Source: Candidatus Limnocylindrus sp.
GTDB taxonomy: Bacteria > Chloroflexota > Limnocylindria > Limnocylindrales > Limnocylindraceae
DNA length: 55,009 nt
Reading direction: 5' to 3'
Assembly: GCA_046081085.1 (NCBI GenBank)
Contig: JBJTVF010000017.1
Span: 1 to 55,009, forward strand
The notes under the pieces are model-generated. The model did not search any database. It was not told the origin of the DNA and worked only from the letters and a program-made list of their open reading frames with translations. This document shows, piece after piece, positions 9,527 through 19,134 of the stretch. The first letter of the stretch is position 1; each line of letters begins with the position of its first letter. A program made the translations under genes and the position numbers.

Positions 9527-11217
9527 GATCCGCTCTTGCCCGCCTTTGCCAAGAGTTCCCGTGCCGCAGCCTCTCCCCCACTCCCTGCGGCATCGCCAGT
9601 GAGCATCGAGGCAAGTTCACGCAACCGTTCGTCGACGTCAAGGCGACGCACTTCCGTGATCGTTCGCCCGCCCTCTTCACGTTTACGCACCTGCAGGTGC
9701 ACGTCGGCCTGCGCCGCCACTTGCGGAAGGTGCGTCACACAAAGCACCTGATGCTGCATGGAGATTCGCTTGAGGCTCTTGCCAAGGGTCTCACCGGCCC
9801 GCCCACCAAGCCCCGCGTCGATCTCATCGAAGACCAGCGTCCGGCTTTCGCTCGCATCGCTGAGTGCCTCCTCCAGCGCGAGTGACACTCGGCTCAGCTC
9901 ACCGCCTGAGGCGATCTTTGCGATCGGTGCTGCGGGCTCGCCAGCATTCGGCGCAAAGAGGAACTCGACCTCATCCCCGCCGCTGCGGTCCACAAGGCAG
10001 GCGGCCCCTCCAACCAGCGGATCGTCTTCTCCTCCGGCTCGGGGTGCAACCGCAATCACGAATGTGGGCGGAAGTGCGAGCGACTCAAGGGCACGGTTCA
10101 CGGCGTTGCATAGTCGTTTGGCTCCAGCTACACGCGCGCTCCGCAACTGCGCCGCCTCGCCTCCAATCTGCTGCGCGAGCGCCGCTCGCTCCGTCAGGAT
10201 CTGACCCTGGCGCTCCGTCGCCCCTTCCAAGCGCGCGACTTCCTGCTCAGCGCGTTCAAGGGCATCCGCGAGGCCGGCCTCGTCGGTTCGGAAGCGACGC
10301 TCGAGCGAAAGAATGAGGCCGAGTCGCTCTTCAAGCTCGGCAACTGGTCGACTCAGCGCCTCACCTGCGTGGTCACGCGCTGCGTCCCGAGCGAGATCAT
10401 CGATCTCTACCGCAAGTGCGCCAATGCGCTCGGCAAGAGGCGCGCTCCCGGAATCCAACTTGAGAAGCTCTCGAGCGCTCCGATCAAGAAGGCGGAAACG
10501 CGCTCGGAGGCCCTCGTCGTCTGCGTCCAAGAGTGCAAGGATCTCAGCACGGAGTCCATCAATTCGCTCCCTATTCGTTGCGCGACGCAGCTCCTCACGG
10601 AGTCGTTCTCCCTCCCCGGGTTCAATCGCAGCACTCCGAAGGTCATCGCGCTCGGCGCGTGCAATGAGCAAGAGCGCCTCGCGACGGGCGTCACCGCCGC
10701 CGAGTTCATCAAACTCCACCTGCAAGCGTTCGCGCTGTTCAACCAGTGTGCCGATCTTCTCTCTCGTTTCGAGCGTGCCTGACCAGCGATCAAGCAGATC
10801 ACGTTGGCGCACCCGATCCCCGAGCCGCTGTTGATCGTGCTGCCCATGGATCTCAATCCGCGGCGATACCTCCGCAGTGAGCGCCGCGATCGTCACCAGC
10901 TCGTCGTTGATGCGCGCAGTCGAGCGCCCTTCGCTGTGCACCTCTCGCACAATGATCTGCTCCGCTTCACCTGTGCTCAGCAGGAGGTCCACGCGGAGCT
11001 TCGTCTCGCCACTCCGGATCGCATCAGTATCGGCACGCGCACCACGAGCGAGGGCGAGCGCGTCAACGATGAGACTCTTCCCTGCGCCAGTCTCGCCGGT
11101 TAGGACTGTGAGCCCAGGGCCAAGTTCAACGCGCACCGCGTCGATGATTGCGAGTCCGGAGACACCAAGTTCAAGGATGCGCGATCCGCGTGCAGGGGTG
11201 CGCTTTGCAGCGCTCAC
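9523..11217 (-). CDS. recN: DNA repair protein RecN
   Basis: LTGETGAGKS, EIHGQHD, coiled coil, ASGGE, FDEIDAG, VTHLPQVAA. Confidence 0.95.
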   Translation of the reverse strand: MSAAKRTPARGSRILELGVSGLAIIDAVRVELGPGLTVLTGETGAGKSLIVDALALARGARADTDAIRSGETKLRVDLLLSTGEAEQIIVREVHSEGRSTARINDELVTIAALTAEVSPRIEIHGQHDQQRLGDRVRQRDLLDRWSGTLETREKIGTLVEQRERLQVEFDELGGGDARREALLLIARAERDDLRSAAIEPGEGERLREELRRATNRERIDGLRAEILALLDADDEGLRARFRLLDRSARELLKLDSGSAPLAERIGALAVEIDDLARDAARDHAGEALSRPVAELEERLGLILSLERRFRTDEAGLADALERAEQEVARLEGATERQGQILTERAALAQQIGGEAAQLRSARVAGAKRLCNAVNRALESLALPPTFVIAVAPRAGGEDDPLVGGAACLVDRSGGDEVEFLFAPNAGEPAAPIAKIASGGELSRVSLALEEALSDASESRTLVFDEIDAGLGGRAGETLGKSLKRISMQHQVLCVTHLPQVAAQADVHLQVRKREEGGRTITEVRRLDVDERLRELASMLTGDAAGSGGEAAARELLAKAGKSGS

Positions 11218-12047
11218 CGTGGAAGGAGATCCACCTTCTGGCGCACAAGGTCCCAGAAGGGGGCGAGGCCGTGCAGCTCGGCAAAGCGAATTGGGAGTGG
11301 TGCAGACGACACACGCACTCGATCACCAGTGGCGAGCGGCTCGTCAATCCAGCCGTCAATCGAGATCACGGTCTCCTCGCCATCAACGACCGTACATGTC
11401 ACCACCTGATCGGCGGCCACCACGACAGATCGAAGTGTGGCGAGATAGGCGGCGATGGGGGTGACGATGATGTTGCGGCTCAGCGGGTCAAGGATCGGAC
11501 CGCCAGCGGAGAACGAATAGCCCGTGGAACCAGTTGGCGATGAGATTACGACGCCGTCTGCGACGTACGTTGCGAGGTGGCTCTCTCCGATCGCAACATC
11601 GAGGCGAACCACGCGCGGAAGGCGCCCACGCGCGATCACTACATCATTGAGAGCGGTAAAGACGCGCTCCCCACCGTCAGCGCGCTGCACGCTCGCACGA
11701 AGCGCCATGCGTTCCTGTACATTCCACCTCCCCTCACTGAACGACTCGAGTGCGCTCGAGAGTTGAAAGCTCTCCGATCGGGCAAGGAAGCCGATCTTGC
11801 CGAGGTTGATGCCGAGGAGTGGGACGCTCTGCTCGGCCACAGCGGCTGCGGCGCGGAGGAAGGTTCCGTCACCTCCGAGCGAGAAGAGGACCTCGCTGCC
11901 TGGGAGGGCCACGGCAATCTTCTCCCGCTCTTCTGCTGCGCACCCCCAATACTCGATCCCACGCGCAGCGCACCAACCTGCCGCCTCGTCCCATGCCTCA
12001 AGGGCGAGGTCGTTGGTTGGGTTGTACACAAAACCGTAGCGGCGCAT
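11214..12047 (-). CDS. nadK: NAD(+) kinase
   Basis: LGGDGT, GINLGKIGFL, ALND, SPTGSTGYSFSAGGP; start moved to ATG 12047. Confidence 0.95.
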   Translation of the reverse strand: MRRYGFVYNPTNDLALEAWDEAAGWCAARGIEYWGCAAEEREKIAVALPGSEVLFSLGGDGTFLRAAAAVAEQSVPLLGINLGKIGFLARSESFQLSSALESFSEGRWNVQERMALRASVQRADGGERVFTALNDVVIARGRLPRVVRLDVAIGESHLATYVADGVVISSPTGSTGYSFSAGGPILDPLSRNIIVTPIAAYLATLRSVVVAADQVVTCTVVDGEETVISIDGWIDEPLATGDRVRVSSAPLPIRFAELHGLAPFWDLVRQKVDLLPR

Positions 12048-12096
12048 GGTTGCATCATCGCACACGGCCACACTCGGGTGGCGTATCGAACGACGG

Positions 12097-14094
12097 CTAG
12101 CTCGGGCGACGTGCCTCCCAGGCCGAGCGGATCTGGCGTTCAATTCCCGCCTCATCAAGCCCGATCAGCGTGCGCAGGTCGCTCACGCTTCCATGGTCGA
12201 CGAATGCTCCCGCTGGGATCCCAATGCTCAAGACCGTCGCGCGAACGGGCTGACCCGTTGCCGCCTGATCCGCCGCCAGGGATTCAACCACGGCGCCACC
12301 GAAGCCTCCGGCTGCCACGCTCTCCTCGAGCGTGACAAGCAGAGATGTGGAGCGCGCGAGCCGACGGAAAAGTTCATGATCGATCGGGCTCGCCCAGATC
12401 GCATTGACCACGCCCACTGAAAGTCCGCCGCTACGGAGTCGCTCTGCCACACGAATGCCGCGCTGCACAATTGGACCGAATCCGAGGATGACGATATCCG
12501 TCCCGTCCGCGATCGTCTCCGCCTTGCCGACCGGGATCGGCTTCGGATCGCGAACTGGAACCCCTTCAATGCTGTCGCGAGGATAGTGGAGCGCAAACGG
12601 ATGATCCTGGGCCAGCGCGGTGCGCACGAGCGCACGGAGCTCCTGCTCATCTTTTGGTGACGCGATCACAAGGCGCGGGATCTGCCGCTGTGCAGTCAGC
12701 GTAAACATTCCCTGGTGGCTCGTCCCATCCTCGCCGACGAGACCCGCCCGGTCAACACCGAGGAGTACTGGCTGATCATTCTGGCAGGCGTCGTGGACAA
12801 TCTGATCCCACGCCCGCTGCATGAAGGTGGAGTAGATCGCAACCACTGGTCGACCACCACCCATCGCGATTCCAGTTGCGGCGGCCACCGCATGCTGCTC
12901 CGCAATCCCGACATCGTAGAAGCGATCTGGATACGCCTTTGCGAATGTGTCAAGGCCCGTCCCAGTGGGCATCCCAGCTGTGATGGCAACGATGCGGCGA
13001 TCGTCTGCGGCTGCAGCAACGAGCTCCGCGGCAAATGCGGAGGTGTAGTTCGGCTTCTTCGGTGCGGGCGCTACGGGAACGGCACCCGACTTTCCGTATG
13101 AATCCGTTGCCACGCCGACCTCCATCTTTGGGAGTGCGGCCCCGTGGAAGGTGATTGGATCCGCCTCCGCAGGCCTGTAGCCGCGGCCCTTCTGCGTCCG
13201 GACATGCACGATCACCGGCCCTGGCATGTTGAATGCGCTCTGGAATGCCTCTTCCATTTGGGCGCGGTTATGCCCGTCCAGCACGCCGACATAGGTGATC
13301 CCAAGGTCTTCAAAGAGTCGTCCAGGCTCCTGTGCAAAGGAGACCACGGAGCGACGGAAGCTCTTCGACAACCGAACGAGCGTCGAACCAACGAGTGGAA
13401 TCGCGCCCACGATGCGATCGTAACGACCCTTGCTCTCGCGCCATGTTCCCGAGAGCTTGACCCTGGAGAGATAGGTGGAGATTGCTCCGACGGTCGGCGA
13501 GATCGACATCTCATTGTCATTCAGCACGATCAGCATCTTTGTTTGGCGGTGCCCGATATCATTGAGCGCCTCAAGGCTGAGCCCGCTCATGAGGGCCGCG
13601 TCTCCAACGATCACCGCGATCTTCTCGCTACCTCCGCGGACATCGCGAGCGAGCGCGAGACCTTGTCCAATTGAGATCCCGGTTCCAGCGTGACCACCGT
13701 CGAACACGTCGTGCGGGGACTCGCTCCGCCGCGGAAATCCACCGATGCCGCCGAGTTGCCGGAGGCTACCGAAACGAGCCAGGCGACCGGTCAGAAGTTT
13801 ATGTGGGTAAGCCTGATGACCTGTATCGAACACGATTCGGTCGACAGGAGATGACATGATGTGATGCAGCGCGATCGTCAACTCCACCACCCCGAGACTT
13901 GGGCCCAAGTGGCCTCCCGTCACCGCCGTGGTGGCGATGATGGCAGTGCGGATCTCTTCGGCGAGTTGCGTGAGTGCTGAGTCGGAGAGCTCCTTCAGGT
14001 CGCCCGGTCCACTCAGGCGCGAAAGGAGCGAGTCTGGGCCGACCGCGCGCAGCGCGATCCCCTCATCCATGACCTTTCGCTGCTCGACGACCAC
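12097..14094 (-). CDS. dxs: 1-deoxy-D-xylulose-5-phosphate synthase
   Basis: GGHLGPSLG, FDTGHQAYPHK, GDAA..LNDN (TPP), IAEQHA, YSTFMQR, DRAG, GEDG. Confidence 0.97.
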   Translation of the reverse strand: MVVEQRKVMDEGIALRAVGPDSLLSRLSGPGDLKELSDSALTQLAEEIRTAIIATTAVTGGHLGPSLGVVELTIALHHIMSSPVDRIVFDTGHQAYPHKLLTGRLARFGSLRQLGGIGGFPRRSESPHDVFDGGHAGTGISIGQGLALARDVRGGSEKIAVIVGDAALMSGLSLEALNDIGHRQTKMLIVLNDNEMSISPTVGAISTYLSRVKLSGTWRESKGRYDRIVGAIPLVGSTLVRLSKSFRRSVVSFAQEPGRLFEDLGITYVGVLDGHNRAQMEEAFQSAFNMPGPVIVHVRTQKGRGYRPAEADPITFHGAALPKMEVGVATDSYGKSGAVPVAPAPKKPNYTSAFAAELVAAAADDRRIVAITAGMPTGTGLDTFAKAYPDRFYDVGIAEQHAVAAATGIAMGGGRPVVAIYSTFMQRAWDQIVHDACQNDQPVLLGVDRAGLVGEDGTSHQGMFTLTAQRQIPRLVIASPKDEQELRALVRTALAQDHPFALHYPRDSIEGVPVRDPKPIPVGKAETIADGTDIVILGFGPIVQRGIRVAERLRSGGLSVGVVNAIWASPIDHELFRRLARSTSLLVTLEESVAAGGFGGAVVESLAADQAATGQPVRATVLSIGIPAGAFVDHGSVSDLRTLIGLDEAGIERQIRSAWEARRPS

Positions 14095-14354
14095 TACTCC
14101 TCCTCGTCCTCGTCTTCATCAAGCTCCGCCAGCCCACCCTCAGGGAGCAGCTCTTCAATCCGCAGTCGCGCAGCCTCAAGCTGCTTCTGTGCGTGCTCTT
14201 GCAGCTTCACGCCGCGCTCAAAGTGGGTGACGGCAGCCTCAAGGCCACCATCTTCTGATTCAAGGCGCTCCACGATACTGCGAAGTTCGCGCATCGTTGA
14301 CTCAAAGTCTTCGGGGAGGGCGCGAGCAGGTTGCTTAGGACGCCTTGCCGCCAT
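14094..14354 (-). CDS. xseB: Exodeoxyribonuclease VII small subunit
   Basis: FESxMxELxxIVERLE...FERGVKL pattern; lies between xseA and dxs. Confidence 0.92.
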   Translation of the reverse strand: MAARRPKQPARALPEDFESTMRELRSIVERLESEDGGLEAAVTHFERGVKLQEHAQKQLEAARLRIEELLPEGGLAELDEDEDEEE

Positions 14355-15612
14355 TGTGACCCCCCTTTTCGCTCCGCCTCACGTTCGCCACAAGTGATCC
14401 TTCGGCGAGCCGGACTAGAATCTCACGACCTACAGGAGCTTGTCGCCACGAGCGCACAATCGACCCATCTCCCCCCTCCACCATCGCATATCCACGAGAG
14501 AGGATCGCGAGCGGCGAGAGGGCCGCGAGCAACAGGTGCGCCTGTCGGGCCTGGTCTGCTGCCCCACGAAGGGAGAGTCGGATTCCGCGCACAAGGTCGT
14601 CCCCCGTTTGAGCGAGGCGCTCCTCCTCCCGCTCAATCCGGTTCTCAGGTCCGACCACTATCAGAGAGCGTCCCTCTTCGCGCACCTCCGCAGCACGCTT
14701 AAGAACGAGTCTTTGAACCTCGCGGTACGCACGTCCGAGCAGCTGCATCGGTCTTGCGCGAATCAGTTCAAGGTTCGGTGAAAGTCGAGCGGCAGCAATG
14801 CTCGGTGTCCCCGCACGATCATCTGCGACGAGGTCTGACAGTGTCACATCTGACTCGTGTCCAACCGCAGAGAGCACGGGGAGTTCTGAGGCAGCGATTG
14901 CACGCAAGAGCTCTTCGTTGTTGAAGGCAGACAGGTCGTCAGTCGAGCCGCCGCCTCGGGCGAGCAAGATCACACGTGGCGCGTTTCGGTTCCCCGCGCG
15001 CGCCTCATGAGCGGCATGCGCGTTGGCACGCCGAATCGCATCCGCGAGTTCCCTCGGCGCAGTCGCACCCTGAACCGCTGCATGAACAAGTAGGAGGCGC
15101 GCTTGTGGCGCAGATCCACGCAGGACGCGAATGACATCGTGCAGCACCGCGCCGGAGCGAGAGGTGACGATTGCGATCCCCTCTGGTGCAAGCGGGATTG
15201 GGCGTTTGCGAGCTGCGTCGAAGAGACCTTCGGCCTGAAGCCTTCGCTTGAGCGCCTCTAGTTCCCGTGAGAGCAACCCAGCCCCACCCGGTCGAACCAG
15301 CGCGCTTGCGACCAACTGATATCTGCTTCGAGGAGCATAGAGATCGATCCTGCCAATCAGGATCACCATCTCACCTACCGCAGGGATCTCCTCACCTGGA
15401 CGAATGCTTCCGCGGAATCGAACGGCGTCAAGCGTGGCCTCAGCGTCGCGAAGCGTGAGGTACTCGTGTCCCGCCGTGCTGCGCATGCTGCTCTGCACTT
15501 CACCTATGACTGCACACGATGACAGGAGCGCATCTTCGCTGATTTGCGCACGGATACGTGCCGCGACCTCAGAGACGCTGAGTGCCTCCTCTGGAGTCGG
15601 CAGTGTGATCAG
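14335..15612 (-). CDS. xseA: Exodeoxyribonuclease VII large subunit
   Basis: GHxYLTLRD OB-fold, GLFD..RKRPIP, RGGGS, SAVGHESD, TPS, SPLAILSRGY; the frame extends upstream of the called GTG to CTG 15612 and includes the conserved LSVSE N-terminus. Confidence 0.93.
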   Translation of the reverse strand: MITLPTPEEALSVSEVAARIRAQISEDALLSSCAVIGEVQSSMRSTAGHEYLTLRDAEATLDAVRFRGSIRPGEEIPAVGEMVILIGRIDLYAPRSRYQLVASALVRPGGAGLLSRELEALKRRLQAEGLFDAARKRPIPLAPEGIAIVTSRSGAVLHDVIRVLRGSAPQARLLLVHAAVQGATAPRELADAIRRANAHAAHEARAGNRNAPRVILLARGGGSTDDLSAFNNEELLRAIAASELPVLSAVGHESDVTLSDLVADDRAGTPSIAAARLSPNLELIRARPMQLLGRAYREVQRLVLKRAAEVREEGRSLIVVGPENRIEREEERLAQTGDDLVRGIRLSLRGAADQARQAHLLLAALSPLAILSRGYAMVEGGDGSIVRSWRQAPVGREILVRLAEGSLVANVRRSEKGGHNGGKAS

Positions 15613-16166
15613 ACGCGAGTCTGGTATTCGCCCGTTCGCGTATCCACGCGGATGAGGTCGCCAACGTTGACAAAGAGCGGGACTTGCACCACAAGACCGG
15701 TCTCGAGGGTGGCGGGCTTACGTGCCCCCGTTGCCGTATCTCCTGCGAATCCAGGGTCAGTCTCCTTGACGATCAGATCGATGTTGATAGGGAGTTCCAC
15801 GCCGATCGTCTCCTCCTCGTAGCTGATTCGCTCGAGCACGAGGTTGTCCTTGATGTACTCCTTTGCGTCGCCGAGCTGGTCGCCCGTGATCACGAATTGA
15901 TCGTACGTTGAGGTGTCCATGAACGTGTAATCGTTCCCGTCTGAAAAGAGGAACTGCGCTGGGCGACGCTCGAGCGTGGCGCGTGGGAACTTTTCACCCG
16001 CCTGAAACGTCTTCTCAACGATTGATTGCTTCCGCACGTTACGGAACTTGATTCGAACCTGGGCCGACCCGCGACCAACTTTGATGTGGTGGTACTCGAG
16101 GATCTGCCAGAGGTCGCCCTCCAACTCAATGACGATCCCCTTCTTGAGTTCGCCGGTTGAAATCAT
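15609..16166 (-). CDS. efp: Translation elongation factor P (Arg32-type loop)
   Basis: KPATLETG, VPLFV, VDTRTGEY; ATG 16166 with a purine-rich SD. Confidence 0.97.
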   Translation of the reverse strand: MISTGELKKGIVIELEGDLWQILEYHHIKVGRGSAQVRIKFRNVRKQSIVEKTFQAGEKFPRATLERRPAQFLFSDGNDYTFMDTSTYDQFVITGDQLGDAKEYIKDNLVLERISYEEETIGVELPINIDLIVKETDPGFAGDTATGARKPATLETGLVVQVPLFVNVGDLIRVDTRTGEYQTRV

Positions 16167-16235
16167 CTGGCCCCCCCTCTCTTTCGGCCTCACGGCCGTT
16201 CGACCATGACCCTTACGTGAAGGCCAGTCTAGCCG

Positions 16236-17459
16236 TCAGCCGACGATCAGGGGTGCGGAAGGGAATCGCGTGAGCGTGCGCACGCTGCGCCGCTCAAGGT
16301 CAACCGCAACGAGATCTTCGATGCGAATCCCGACTTGCTCCTCAAGGTAGATCCCGGGTTCCACGCTGAACACGGTCGGAGAAGGGAGCGGGATCTCGGG
16401 TGCGCCACGCGAGAGAGAGGGAGACTCATGGGTCTGCAACCCGATGCCGTGGCCGAGCCCATGTTCATACACGCCGTTCGCATCACCCATGGCCGCGCGC
16501 GCAGCCTCGTCTACGGTGCGTCCTGAGGGGAGCGCTGACGCTCCATTCTCCATCGCCTGTTGCAGGACTGCGATCGCCGCCTGCTGTCCGTCAAGTACAC
16601 ACTGGTAAAGTGCGAGATCAGCGTCAGACGCTGTTCCAACAAACAGCGTACGAGTCATGTCACTGCGATAGCCCGCAACTTGTGCCCCGAAGTCGAAGAG
16701 GGCAACCTCCCCGCGCTGAAACGGACGCGACCCTGGATTGCCGTGTGGGAGTGCGGCGTTTGCGCCAGCCAGAGCGGCCACATCAAAAGCGAGTGCCTCG
16801 GCTCCGCCCTCACGCATTTCGCGCTCCAAGAGCCACGCCACCTCTGCTTCGGTTGCGCCAGGGAGGAGCTTCGGCAGGACGGCGGCAAGTGCGCGATCTG
16901 CGACGGCACAGGCGGCGGCGATCCGTTCGATCTCCGCTGGCTCCTTTACTGCGCGGAGGGCAACCCCCCAACCCTTTGTTGGAGTGAGGGTGAGTCCGGG
17001 GGCGGCCTCTCGTATGCGTTCCCAGATCGCGTGACGAATCACACTAGGATCAACTCCAAGGTTTCGTACGCCGTGTGCCTGCGCCCACGCCGCAATCGCC
17101 CCGCCTGGATCACTCCCGGGATCAAGTGGAGTGGCGAGCACCGCTTCACGGCGAGCCTGAACCGTGTAGCGCGAATCTGCGAAGATCGCGAACGCATCCG
17201 CGGTGATGAGAATCCATCCGCTGACGCCGGCCGTCGGCTCCTCATTTGGGCCGAAACAGATGCCAGAAAAGTATCTCGCATCCGCATGTGATGTAAGCAG
17301 GAGCCCGTCGATTCCCTCGGATCGTACGCGCGCGCGAAGCGCCGCAATCCGTGCTGGTCGTGCCGCTGTGTCCGCTTCACTCCATCGTTGTAGGTCCGCC
17401 TGGCTCGGGAGAGGAGCGAAATCGCTTGGAACTGGCGATCTCTCCTGCAATGCACTCAT
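16236..17459 (-). CDS. Xaa-Pro aminopeptidase (M24 family)
   Basis: DSRY, PH, DFGA..GYRSDMTRT, HGLGHGIGL..HE, EPGIY, IRIED; conserved position upstream of efp. Confidence 0.93.
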   Translation of the reverse strand: MSALQERSPVPSDFAPLPSQADLQRWSEADTAARPARIAALRARVRSEGIDGLLLTSHADARYFSGICFGPNEEPTAGVSGWILITADAFAIFADSRYTVQARREAVLATPLDPGSDPGGAIAAWAQAHGVRNLGVDPSVIRHAIWERIREAAPGLTLTPTKGWGVALRAVKEPAEIERIAAACAVADRALAAVLPKLLPGATEAEVAWLLEREMREGGAEALAFDVAALAGANAALPHGNPGSRPFQRGEVALFDFGAQVAGYRSDMTRTLFVGTASDADLALYQCVLDGQQAAIAVLQQAMENGASALPSGRTVDEAARAAMGDANGVYEHGLGHGIGLQTHESPSLSRGAPEIPLPSPTVFSVEPGIYLEEQVGIRIEDLVAVDLERRSVRTLTRFPSAPLIVG

Positions 17460-18646
17460 TTCCAACCGTACTTTCTCGCCTTTGCTTCATGCTCGGCTAG
17501 CGTCTTGCTGAAGTCATGTCGGCCACCGCTGCCAGGGATCAAGACGAAGTACATCTCCTTGCGGCTCATGTCTGGGCTCCGAGCCGCTTCTATTGACGCT
17601 CGTGACGGCGATGCGACAGGAGTGGGCGGGAGCCCGCCACGCACAAACGTGTTCCATGGGACAAGGTCTTGCGGCACTCGTGGCGGCACCAAACCAGCAT
17701 ACGGTTGCGGTGGGAACGTCCAAAATTCGTAGTCCTCCCACTTCGAGAGCTTTAACGTGCGAAGCGCCGCTGAATCGGCCACCCAGATGATGGTCGGGTC
17801 TGCGAAAAGTCCGATTCCCTCTTGAAGTCTGTATGCGTAGACACCCGCCATGCGCGGTCGCTCTTCATCGAGGGCCGCCTCACGCTCAACGATTGACGCG
17901 AGCGTCAGTACCTCATGGAACGAACGACCATCGGCTGTTGGGCCACGCAGTTCTGCCGGAACCTGCTCCGCGAAACGATCAAGGAGCATGCGGACGAATC
18001 CCTCTGCAGTCGCGCTCACTGGCACATTGAACGTGCCAGAGCCGAGTCGCCCCTCAAGGGCTGCTCCAGCGGGCAGGTCAAGCCAGTCATAGTCGGCGAC
18101 CAGCGCGGCAGGTGGCGTGCGTAGGAGGTCAAGGAGTTCGCGTTGCGTGAAGGGGAGATCGATCGTCCCCGCCTCCGCAACGATCTGTTCGAGGCGAAGG
18201 CCTGCACGCAACTGGACGGCGATTGCAGGTTCGCGGTACGGCTGGGTCAGTGCGGCCGCCACCTCGGCCGGCGTCATGCTCCCTGCCACCTGAAAGACCC
18301 CCGCCTGCAGTTCCCCCTCGAATCCGGCACGGCCAACCGCCACGATGAATCCTGTCGGATCTGCAATCAGCCCCGCGGAGAAGAGTTGCTCGGCGATCGC
18401 AGCAGTACTACTCCCGGCCGCGATCTCTACCTTGACGAGCGTGGTGTCGCTGGATGCTGGAGACGAGATCCGCGCACCGAGTCGCTCAACAGCAATGTCG
18501 CCAATAAACGGCAGGGAAAGGATCCCTGGTGAACGAAGGCCAGCGCTGATGAGCGCATCGCCCAGGATTGAGGGGGCCACGGTACGACCCACCACCAGTA
18601 GCAGAAGAAGCGTGGCGAGTAACGCAAGGCGACGCGTGCCGCTCAA
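17456..18646 (-). CDS. mltG: Endolytic transglycosylase MltG (YceG)
   Basis: N-terminal TM, LASIVEREA catalytic motif, DPT, WNT..GLPPTP, YFV, FSKTLAEH. Confidence 0.92.
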   Translation of the reverse strand: MSGTRRLALLATLLLLLVVGRTVAPSILGDALISAGLRSPGILSLPFIGDIAVERLGARISSPASSDTTLVKVEIAAGSSTAAIAEQLFSAGLIADPTGFIVAVGRAGFEGELQAGVFQVAGSMTPAEVAAALTQPYREPAIAVQLRAGLRLEQIVAEAGTIDLPFTQRELLDLLRTPPAALVADYDWLDLPAGAALEGRLGSGTFNVPVSATAEGFVRMLLDRFAEQVPAELRGPTADGRSFHEVLTLASIVEREAALDEERPRMAGVYAYRLQEGIGLFADPTIIWVADSAALRTLKLSKWEDYEFWTFPPQPYAGLVPPRVPQDLVPWNTFVRGGLPPTPVASPSRASIEAARSPDMSRKEMYFVLIPGSGGRHDFSKTLAEHEAKARKYGWK

Positions 18647-19134
18647 GCCTCACCCCTCGCGCGAATCAGTCCTGGATCGACATGTAGGCTCGGATCGGCT
18701 TCGTCTTCGAGGATGAGTTCAGCCGCCGCTTGGTCAATGGATGCGCGGTATGCCATCCGACGGCGTCGACCAGGTTCGCCGCCGCCTGCACCTCCGCCCT
18801 GCCGACCCACGCGCTCCCTGGCACGCTCTGACGAGTAGCGCTCGTCAATGAACGTCACTGGCAGACGAAGATGCCCTGCCACTTCATCGGCCCAGCGGAG
18901 CGTCTTCTCGCCCTGCGTGCTCGCTCGTCCATCGCTGTGGAGGGGAAGTCCAATCACAAGTCGATCAATCCTTAGTTCACTGCAGATGACAGCAAGCCTC
19001 GCGGCATCCGCGTTGACACGCGCCGCTCGGCTCATGGTTGGAAGGCCGCGCGGTGGGACATCGTCGACGGCAACCGCGAGGCCGATGCGGCGATCACCAA
19101 GGTCAATTCCGAGTCGCCGACCAGCCGCGCTCAT
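18643..19134 (-). CDS. ruvX: RuvX/YqgF pre-16S rRNA nuclease
   Basis: LGIDLGDRRIGLA, VIGLP, DERYSS, IDQAAAxLIL; alaS-ruvX-mltG synteny. Confidence 0.93.
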   Translation of the reverse strand: MSAAGRRLGIDLGDRRIGLAVAVDDVPPRGLPTMSRAARVNADAARLAVICSELRIDRLVIGLPLHSDGRASTQGEKTLRWADEVAGHLRLPVTFIDERYSSERARERVGRQGGGAGGGEPGRRRRMAYRASIDQAAAELILEDEADPSLHVDPGLIRARGEA

